64,000 bases of DNA from Hydrogenophilales bacterium 17-64-11 (GTDB lineage Bacteria; Pseudomonadota; Gammaproteobacteria; Burkholderiales; Thiobacillaceae): NCBI GenBank assembly GCA_002281975.1, contig NCIH01000007.1, positions 19,435 to 83,434 of the forward strand, read 5' to 3'. This document shows positions 57,576-64,000 of this stretch, piece by piece; within the stretch, counting starts at the first letter, position 1, and each line of letters starts with the position of its first letter. The notes beneath the pieces are model-generated. The model was not told where the DNA came from. It did no database searches and saw only the letters and a program-made list of their open reading frames with translations. Position numbers and translations under genes: made by a program.

Positions 57576-59372
57576 TCACCATGCTTTAAACTTGAACAGC
57601 CGTCCCCGCTCACCCTCGTCATGCAACGTCACGACAATTTCGTCCGCGGCAAACACCGGCTCATCGTCATCGGCACGCGCTGGCAAGTCCGAATCGATCA
57701 GCGTGATGGTGGGCTGTAGCCCCAGTTCGGCGTATCGGTGAATGACCGCTAACAGGTTCTCCTTTTTGCGATCATCCAGCGACTCGAACACACCATCGTG
57801 ATAGACGAAGCGCGGGAACTTGTCGTCGAGGTGGGCACGCAATACAGCAAGGTCGAAGGCAATGCACAGTAGCTTGCGATACGTGTATCCAAGGTCGGCG
57901 CTGGTCGCATTGCCCGATTCATCCAAAATCTCCGCCTTGAACTCAAGGTGCCCTGCCTGATTTGGCGAGACGCTCAGCAATGCCTTGCGGTCGATCACTT
58001 CTTCAACGATTTCGCTGAAAAAGACCCGAATCGACGAAAACAAACTATCCGGGTCCGAGTTCTGCTTTTCGACGTCAGCTTCTATCTGGGTTTGCAGATG
58101 ACCGCGCGCCTCCGTCAGCGCCCTAATGTCAGTGCGCAATTCCTGCAAACGGTGCAGGAAGCCGCGCTGGCGCTCTAGGGATGTGATGTCGGCGCGCAGT
58201 GTTACCATTTCGTCGGAAACTTGTCTGTACTTTCCGAAAATGTCGGTTTCGCTCAGAAATGAAAGCATGTCCGAGCGCTTTTTACCCAGCGACCCGAGTT
58301 CAGCATTGACACGCTTCAGCTCGGCTTCGATCTCCACACGCTCTTCCTGAAGATAGCCACGACGCTCATCCGTGATCGCCCGGTTGAAGGCGATCAATTG
58401 TTGGAAGTCCTTCTTGACCTGCCCCTTGAAAAGGACACCCGCTTCCTCGAACAAGCGCTGGGCTTCCTCCGGATTAAACAGAATCTGATCTTCCTCCAGC
58501 GAAGTCAGTATCTTCTTTCTGTTCTGAGTTAGCGAATAGCGCTCGCTGTTGAGTGTCGCGATACGCTCATCTATGCCATCGACCAACTGCTTGGTTCGAT
58601 CCTTATCCTGAGCACGAAAATCAAAGGCATCAAGAAGCTTCTGCTTCTTCTCTGCCTCCTTCTGCTTGAGTAAGAGGATGCCTTCGATCTTGCTGATGTC
58701 CTCAATCGACCCACCCAGTTCGTTCTTAATAGTCTGGGCAGTATCTTGCCTTTTGGAGAGTTCATCTTCCTTCTCATAATGCGAAGCGATTAGTTTCGCG
58801 TTGAAACCCAGCATATGCGCAAGAAATGGTTTCCAATCGGCATGCTTGGACGCGAACTTGCGCAGTTGGAATACCTCGCGAAAGTCCTCCTGCGAGCGCA
58901 GCAGATAGCCCAATCCCTTGCGATATGACCATGGCTTTAGTGCGCGCCAATCGAGTAGGCCATCGAGCAGATCGCGGGCGCGCTCGAAAGCCACATCCTG
59001 GTGGTCCCATGCCAAGATCGACAACGCAGAGAAGTCCTGGTGTCCCGCTTCGTGCTTCTTGAAGCTGATCTTGGTTGCCTCCTCCACGCTACGCCGTATC
59101 GTAACGAATGAGGCGTCTTCCAGCTCGATCTCTAAGAAGAAAACGAAATCTCTGAAACGATCAAGGTGCTTGAAAAGGAAGAACTTGGCGTCACGTCCAG
59201 CTAAGAATCCGAAATCGAGCAAACGCCCCAGGGTCGTCTTTCCAAGATTGTGAGTATCCTTCTCGCGATTCTCCGGGAGACGAATCTCAGCCATGATGAC
59301 ATTCAAGCCCTGCACAAAGTCGACGGGCTCGAACAAGTCCGGCTTGTTTGAATAAAGTCTAGACAGCTTCAT
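57576..59372 (-). CDS. SMC-like ABC ATPase, DUF2326 (Lamassu LmuB-like)
   Basis: Walker A HNLGKTT, central coiled coil, Walker B FVYHDGVFE. Confidence 0.85.
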   Translation of the reverse strand: MKLSRLYSNKPDLFEPVDFVQGLNVIMAEIRLPENREKDTHNLGKTTLGRLLDFGFLAGRDAKFFLFKHLDRFRDFVFFLEIELEDASFVTIRRSVEEATKISFKKHEAGHQDFSALSILAWDHQDVAFERARDLLDGLLDWRALKPWSYRKGLGYLLRSQEDFREVFQLRKFASKHADWKPFLAHMLGFNAKLIASHYEKEDELSKRQDTAQTIKNELGGSIEDISKIEGILLLKQKEAEKKQKLLDAFDFRAQDKDRTKQLVDGIDERIATLNSERYSLTQNRKKILTSLEEDQILFNPEEAQRLFEEAGVLFKGQVKKDFQQLIAFNRAITDERRGYLQEERVEIEAELKRVNAELGSLGKKRSDMLSFLSETDIFGKYRQVSDEMVTLRADITSLERQRGFLHRLQELRTDIRALTEARGHLQTQIEADVEKQNSDPDSLFSSIRVFFSEIVEEVIDRKALLSVSPNQAGHLEFKAEILDESGNATSADLGYTYRKLLCIAFDLAVLRAHLDDKFPRFVYHDGVFESLDDRKKENLLAVIHRYAELGLQPTITLIDSDLPARADDDEPVFAADEIVVTLHDEGERGRLFKFKAW

Positions 59373-59607
59373 TTGGCCCCACATATTCCACGGCGTCGGT
59401 CTTGGGGCGATAGTCGATCAGTCCCATTAGATAGAGAAAATTTAGCGCCGGTAGGAATAACACATCGCCTCCGGTAACGGTCTTCTTCGCATACTTGCGC
59501 AGTGCGCCGTATTCATCCACGCGGCGATCTTTCAGTCGCATCAGCAACAACAACGCAACGTTAATAACCGTGCGATCCGGGTGCGAGTGTTTAGTCGGCC
59601 GCAGCAT
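59359..59607 (-). CDS. ABC-three-component middle component (LmuC-like)
   Basis: 82 aa, MLRPTKH.HP..., ALNFLYLMGLIDY; overlaps both neighbours. Confidence 0.8.
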   Translation of the reverse strand: MLRPTKHSHPDRTVINVALLLLMRLKDRRVDEYGALRKYAKKTVTGGDVLFLPALNFLYLMGLIDYRPKTDAVEYVGPNEAV

Positions 59608-60556
59608 CGCTTACCTCCCCAATATCGCAGTTCCAGTACATGTAGAACAGCACGGCACGGGTCAAGCGCTTGTGTGCATGCTGTCGCAACACGGGATCGC
59701 GGTTGAATAGGAGGTCTACCAAGTACTCCATTACGTCATCGAAGGTCTGGTAGTCCTTGCGCTTGGCAATAATCTTGAGTTGAAACTCATCGACCACAGA
59801 TTCATACATGCGCAACAGCTCAAGGTTTTCCGGCGCGGCCAGGAATGCACGAATCTGCGCAGTTTCCTTCAGGTATTTCTTGCGTTGCGCCTTGGCGTAC
59901 TCGGCGCTCATGTTGTTCAGGAGATTCTTCTGCTCATAGGTGACCCGCTCAGTGGGTGGATCGTCGAGCAATGCCGATATACTGTCCTTCTGCCGGGCCA
60001 GCGCCTGTACGACCTCAGCAAGATCGTCCGGACTAACGATCAAGGGCGAATCGACCGGGTCGAGATCGGCCTTTCCTGCTACGTCAGGAAACGTCTTCAA
60101 CAGGACTTCCAATTGCTCCAGGCCACACAAGTAGATCGATGAATCAGGGATACCGCATTGCGCTGCGATGTACGCGCGTATCTCGCTCTCGGCATTGCCA
60201 GCCAACCGTCGATTGGCAAACAGCATGTAGTGGTCGAGCTGCTTGGCCTCACGTAGCTTCTTGATGCGTGGAATCTCCTTGGCGAGTACCGTGTTCGCCG
60301 CGTTCGTACTGAAAAAGTCTGGCTCCGAGAAATTCCGGTTGTAGCCGTTGGTGTGCTTGGCCTGGACGATGGTCGTGCCAACCCAAGGCGCAGCTTTGCT
60401 TGGATGTAGCTCGGACGTGCCAACGAATTTAGCATCGCGTCCTCCATCAGGCCCCTTGGCGAAACCTTGCACGGAAATGCCAAGCAGATGCTGGCACAAG
60501 AAAACGATCAGTTTTTCGAACTGATCGTCGCTCATATCCTCGTAGGCGAACTTCAT
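59591..60556 (-). CDS. Restriction-endonuclease-like effector (LmuA-like, Mrr type)
   Basis: QFEKLI, GPDGGRD, VQAKH; C-terminal YMYWNCDIG typical of ABC-3C effector tails. Confidence 0.8.
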   Translation of the reverse strand: MKFAYEDMSDDQFEKLIVFLCQHLLGISVQGFAKGPDGGRDAKFVGTSELHPSKAAPWVGTTIVQAKHTNGYNRNFSEPDFFSTNAANTVLAKEIPRIKKLREAKQLDHYMLFANRRLAGNAESEIRAYIAAQCGIPDSSIYLCGLEQLEVLLKTFPDVAGKADLDPVDSPLIVSPDDLAEVVQALARQKDSISALLDDPPTERVTYEQKNLLNNMSAEYAKAQRKKYLKETAQIRAFLAAPENLELLRMYESVVDEFQLKIIAKRKDYQTFDDVMEYLVDLLFNRDPVLRQHAHKRLTRAVLFYMYWNCDIGEVSDAAAD

Positions 60557-60590
60557 CTCACCCCCGAGCTAAGTGTCAGCGGACCGCTCA

Positions 60591-60911
60591 TCACACGGCA
60601 ACCGTAATGCCGGCCGCATGCGCGCGACGCGCAGGCTGTACGACGATCTCGACATGCTGGTCGAGCGACACCAGTGCCTGCATCAGCCGTTCAAGAGAAA
60701 TGTTCTGTAGCTTGTAGCGGCGAACTTGGGACACCTTGGGCTGCGTCATACCGGTAATGGCGGCCGCTTCCGTCTGGCTAAGATCGCGTTTGTCAATTAG
60801 CTCGTTGAGCTTGACCGCAAGAGCGGCCTTCGCTGACAGTTCCTCCGCATCATCGAAGCCGAGGTCTGCCAACACGTTGTCGGTGCCTTGAGGATTAGCT
60901 TTGCGCGTCAT
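60591..60911 (-). CDS. XRE-HTH antitoxin (HigA-like)
   Basis: NVLADLGF, LSQTEAA..MTQPKVS, SLERLM. Confidence 0.88.
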   Translation of the reverse strand: MTRKANPQGTDNVLADLGFDDAEELSAKAALAVKLNELIDKRDLSQTEAAAITGMTQPKVSQVRRYKLQNISLERLMQALVSLDQHVEIVVQPARRAHAAGITVAV

Positions 60912-61273
60912 TACGATCTCCCGCTCAACCCATAACGGGCGAGCACTGCCTTCAACCGCTTCTCGATCAACTCCACGTCCGGCTGTGGCGTAGCAATTCC
61001 GGACTTGGATTTCTTCTGAAACGCATGTAGCACATGCACAACATCGCCGACGCGCACGGTGTAGACCGCGCGAAAGGTGTCGCCCCGGTGGTCCTCCACT
61101 AGCTCATAAACACCAGGGCCGAGACCTTTCCAGAGTTTCGCCGAATCAGGTGTTCGGCCCAACTGCACGACGAACAGCGCGACGCCCATGTCCTTCTGAA
61201 CGGGAATGGGGAACTCCTTGAAGTCCTTCTTCGAGGAGCCCTCCCAATACAGGAACTTACGTTTCTCAGACAT
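60911..61273 (-). CDS. RelE/HigB-like toxin (Gp49/Tad type)
   Basis: GVYEL, TFRAVY, VLHAFQKKS; toxin-first order. Confidence 0.88.
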   Translation of the reverse strand: MSEKRKFLYWEGSSKKDFKEFPIPVQKDMGVALFVVQLGRTPDSAKLWKGLGPGVYELVEDHRGDTFRAVYTVRVGDVVHVLHAFQKKSKSGIATPQPDVELIEKRLKAVLARYGLSGRS

Positions 61274-61383
61274 AGATTATACCCGTTCGGATATGAGACG
61301 CAAGAGCCGAATTGTCGCGTCAGCGTCGCGACAATTCGGCCCGCACCGGCTGCGATCGGCAGTGGTAGAAATGAGGCCCCAAG

Positions 61384-62583
61384 TCATGCCGTTGCCTCCT
61401 CACGACGCTGCGCCCCAGTGATCGTCTTGCGCCGGTTTGCCACCAGTTCCGCCGCCTGGCGCACCGGGTCGTCCTCGGTGTGGACGTAGCGCATGAACAT
61501 CGCCACGGTCTTGTGCGCGGTCAGCACCATGCCGACCTTCACCGGGATGCCCGAATTGGCGATATCGGTGGCCGAGCGGTGGCGGATGCCGTGCGTGCCG
61601 ACGTGCGTCACGCCGGCCGCCTTGAGGGTGCGCTTCCAACCGCCGTAATGCTCCCCATAGGTCATGTGCGTGAGGGGATTGCGCGGCGACGGCAGCACAT
61701 AGCGCGAGCCTTCCCGCCTCGGCGCTGTCGAAAGCAACCGGTAGGCTTCCTCGCTCATGGGCTTGGACATGCAGCCGGTCTTGCTGTCGGGCCAGACCAC
61801 GCGGCGGTTCTCCAGGTCGATCCACTCCCATTCGAGCAGCACGATTTCGGAACGGCGGGCCGCAAACTCGAATTGCAGGCGGATCGCCAGCGGGATGACA
61901 TAGGGCTCGATACCCTCGGCTTCCACCTTGTCGAGTTGCTTGAACAGCTTGCTCATTTCCTCGTCGCTGATGAGGTGGGTTGTCTTGCCAGCGGGATACA
62001 TCGGGACGTGACGGCATGGGTTCGTGCCGTCGGGCCTGTGGCCCCACACCTCGGCCATGTTGAACATCTTGCGCATGACGCTGAAGGTGCGGTTCGCCTC
62101 TGCCGGCTTGTGCTCCAGCTTCTTCATCATCGCCGCGACATCCGGGCGCTTCACATCCTGCACCTTCATGCGGCCCAGGATCGGGATGATGTTGCGGTCG
62201 ATGACGCCCTGATAGCCTCGTTGCGTACTGGGCTTGTTGCGTTGCTTGGAGTAGTCCCCCATGAACGTCGCGCAGAGTTCCTTGACCGTGGGCGCCTTGC
62301 GCGCCTCGGTTTTGGCCGCGCCCGGATCGCCGCCCCGGCGAACCTCAGCCAGCCAGTTCTGCGCCAGCGAGCGGGCTTGCTCTACGGTCAGCTCTCCGTA
62401 CAGGCCCAGCGCCGGCTTGCGGCGCTCGCCGGCATTCGTCCGGTACTGGAGCATGAAGACCTTGCGGCCGGCCGGTGTAATCTTGCACAGGAAGCCGGGA
62501 ACAAGCGTGTCGCGCAGCTCGATGGGCTGCGCCTGGGGTTGTGCCGCATCGACTGCGGACTTGGTGAGTTTGATCTTGGCCAT
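61384..62583 (-). CDS. int: Tyrosine integrase (Tn4371 type)
   Basis: MAKIKLTKSAVDA arm domain; AARRSEI, DSKTG, HGIRHR, TAHKT, MRYVH. Confidence 0.95.
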   Translation of the reverse strand: MAKIKLTKSAVDAAQPQAQPIELRDTLVPGFLCKITPAGRKVFMLQYRTNAGERRKPALGLYGELTVEQARSLAQNWLAEVRRGGDPGAAKTEARKAPTVKELCATFMGDYSKQRNKPSTQRGYQGVIDRNIIPILGRMKVQDVKRPDVAAMMKKLEHKPAEANRTFSVMRKMFNMAEVWGHRPDGTNPCRHVPMYPAGKTTHLISDEEMSKLFKQLDKVEAEGIEPYVIPLAIRLQFEFAARRSEIVLLEWEWIDLENRRVVWPDSKTGCMSKPMSEEAYRLLSTAPRREGSRYVLPSPRNPLTHMTYGEHYGGWKRTLKAAGVTHVGTHGIRHRSATDIANSGIPVKVGMVLTAHKTVAMFMRYVHTEDDPVRQAAELVANRRKTITGAQRREEATA

Positions 62584-62759
62584 GATGACTCCTGGGAAAG
62601 ACACGGTTTCCAGGAGCCTGTTAGGAGCCAAGCGGACGGAAGCCGGGTCAAGTTTCGGAAAGCACCGGCATAGGATGAACTCACGTAAGTTCTTGATAAA
62701 CCTGCCACAACGAGCTGTGGCGTAGTCCAGCGAAGTTCGGTGCTGGAGTCATGGTGAAA

Positions 62760-62767
62760 TAAAAAAT
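62760..62767. repeat. ICE att core (int end)
   Basis: TAAAAAAT identical to 17429-17436. Confidence 0.85.
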
Positions 62768-62959
62768 TGGAGAGCGGGCGTTCGGCAAATAACTCAGCAT
62801 TCTATTTGTGAGGCCGTGTCTACGGCGCTAGGCAAAGAAACGAAGTATTGGGGAAAGCAAGGCGCGCGGGCAGCCGGTTCAGTTCGTAACGCCCTAAAAG
62901 GATGGAAATTCTCCCCGCCCCCGAGTGGCATAAATGGCACAAATGGCACGAAGCAATAA
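62768..62959 (+). pseudogene. 3' part (63 codons) of the gene interrupted at 17436
   Basis: Start-less open frame WRAGVRQITQHSICEAVS...GTKQ* in phase with 16678-17436. Confidence 0.8.
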
Positions 62960-63104
62960 ATCAAATTTTCATGCCGCCCCAAAAACAGCCAAGATGTAAC
63001 AAAGACGTGGCTTTCCGGGCTTTTTGTCACATCTAAAAGACGACTGTTTTATTCCGTTTGTGCCAAGAAAGTAGAGCCTTCTCCACGAAGAAGGAAACTC
63101 TAGA

Positions 63105-63371
63105 ATGGCAACCGCAACCACCCAACAATTCACGGCACCGTCCGCGACATCTGCCGCTCACTGGCCAGAGCAGCCTTTCCCGCCCCTGGACCAAGTTACG
63201 CGACCATCGATCCCCACTGATGCCGCTGCGTATTACCTGAATAGACGCCCGCAAACCCTTCGCGCTTGGGCCTGCCTTGAGAACGGCCCGCTTCGCCCTA
63301 TCCGCGTTAACGGCCGTCTTGCTTGGCCAGTCGCAAAAATAATAGCTTTGATGAACGGGGGTGCGAAATGA
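63105..63371 (+). CDS. Small HTH DNA-binding protein (Xis/AlpA-like)
   Basis: TDAAAYYLNRRPQTLRAWAC..GPLRPIRVNGRLAW. Confidence 0.8.
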   Translation: MATATTQQFTAPSATSAAHWPEQPFPPLDQVTRPSIPTDAAAYYLNRRPQTLRAWACLENGPLRPIRVNGRLAWPVAKIIALMNGGAK

Positions 63372-63769
63372 ACCCGAATACATCGAGTACCACGGAGCTG
63401 GATTTCCCCTTTAGTGGCACCACTCAGGCTTCAATCATTAACAACTTCAGCAATAGGCGCATCGTGTCTGCATTTCATCCGCCATGTTGGTGCCTGAGGC
63501 CGTGGGAAATCCCGTTCAACGGCGAGCCTTTCAGGCATTTCGAATTGATTAACGGTGAGCTGGACGAAGATTTCCGCGCACTGTGGATTTTGATCTTTGA
63601 GCATGAATCACATCCCTTAATCGGCTTGCGCATTCTTCAGCGCGATGACGATTTGCCTTCGACAAATATGATCATTGCAAGCTATGCGGAGTTAACCGCG
63701 TTGCAGCGCGTGGCAATTGAAACGGTGAACGGTCGCCTTGGTCTTCTCATAGCGGGGGAAGGCGCATGA
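63368..63769 (+). CDS. Hypothetical protein
   Basis: ATGA-coupled on both sides. Confidence 0.6.
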   Translation: MNPNTSSTTELDFPFSGTTQASIINNFSNRRIVSAFHPPCWCLRPWEIPFNGEPFRHFELINGELDEDFRALWILIFEHESHPLIGLRILQRDDDLPSTNMIIASYAELTALQRVAIETVNGRLGLLIAGEGA

Positions 63770-64000
63770 ACAGACCTCAACCCGACCTCGCGCAAGCCCA
63801 GCGTTTTCTTGACCTCATTGCGCCTGGCGAACCGATAACTTTCCAGACCTTCATGGACCGGCAGAGTGAGGATGACCACCATGCAGCACCTTCCTCACGC
63901 AGGCCTCCGAACCCGAACCGAATCCTCTACGGAGACTTGAGCCAGCACGCACCCACGTTGACGCAACTGAATCACCGAGGGGCCGGAGTGTTTTTGATGG
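63766..64000 (+). CDS. Primase-like (RepB-type) N-terminus, truncated by window edge
   Basis: Open to the edge: AQRFLDLIAPGEPITFQTF.D...LTQLNHRGAGVF. Confidence 0.6.
   Translation, partial: MNRPQPDLAQAQRFLDLIAPGEPITFQTFMDRQSEDDHHAAPSSRRPPNPNRILYGDLSQHAPTLTQLNHRGAGVFLM

Larger units (their letters stand above)
17429..62767 (-). mobile_element. Tn4371-family integrative conjugative element (~45.3 kb)
   Basis: 8-bp direct repeat TAAAAAAT at both ends; int end reads TTTTTTAT-TTCACCATGACTCCAG on minus strand; order int-radC-DUF932-parB-DUF736-repA-parA-traF-relaxase-lysR-traG-trb. Confidence 0.95.
16362..64000. mobile_element. tRNA-Arg-anchored genomic island (satellite/IME-like), continues beyond window, hosts the ICE
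   Basis: Visibly more AT-rich right after the tRNA; TGTAGG repeated at the junction; HTH/Xis and primase-like genes at 63.1-64 kb; its own integrase not seen in the window. Confidence 0.65.

Overview
High-GC betaproteobacterial chromosome (host assignment is inference; Thiobacillus-like is plausible). 1-16.3 kb is housekeeping: DUF1841, nth, rnfABCDGE, PDC-domain protein, HAD hydrolase, UPF0149, CbiM-like permease, hrpA (with a 126-bp in-frame hairpin-repeat insertion), CDP-alcohol phosphatidyltransferase, a diguanylate cyclase pseudogene, a peroxiredoxin and tRNA-Arg(CCT). From the tRNA 3' end an island runs past the window edge (regulator-like gene, HTH/Xis gene, primase-like gene). A complete ~45.3-kb Tn4371-family ICE is inserted into the island's first gene, bounded by TAAAAAAT direct repeats at 17429-17436 and 62760-62767; excision restores the reading frame. 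The ICE has the usual backbone (int, radC, DUF932, ParB, DUF736, DUF2958, DUF2285, xis, repA with iterons, parA, traF, MOBP relaxase with candidate oriT, LysR, eexN, traG, trbB-I). Its variable slots carry defence-type cargo: a HigBA-like TA plus a Lamassu/ABC-three-component operon, a DUF2971-like gene, an RHH-led catalytically inactive long-B Argonaute plus PD-(D/E)XK nuclease, and the best novelty candidate, a two-gene cassette encoding an XRE-HTH fused to a dynamin-like GTPase plus an Mrr-like nuclease. That cassette has a perfect 18-bp palindrome over its promoter spacer and 23-bp direct repeats at its ends. Four long hairpins with -35/-10 elements look like ssDNA promoters of the leading region. 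All family calls come from motif recognition by eye, with no database searches.
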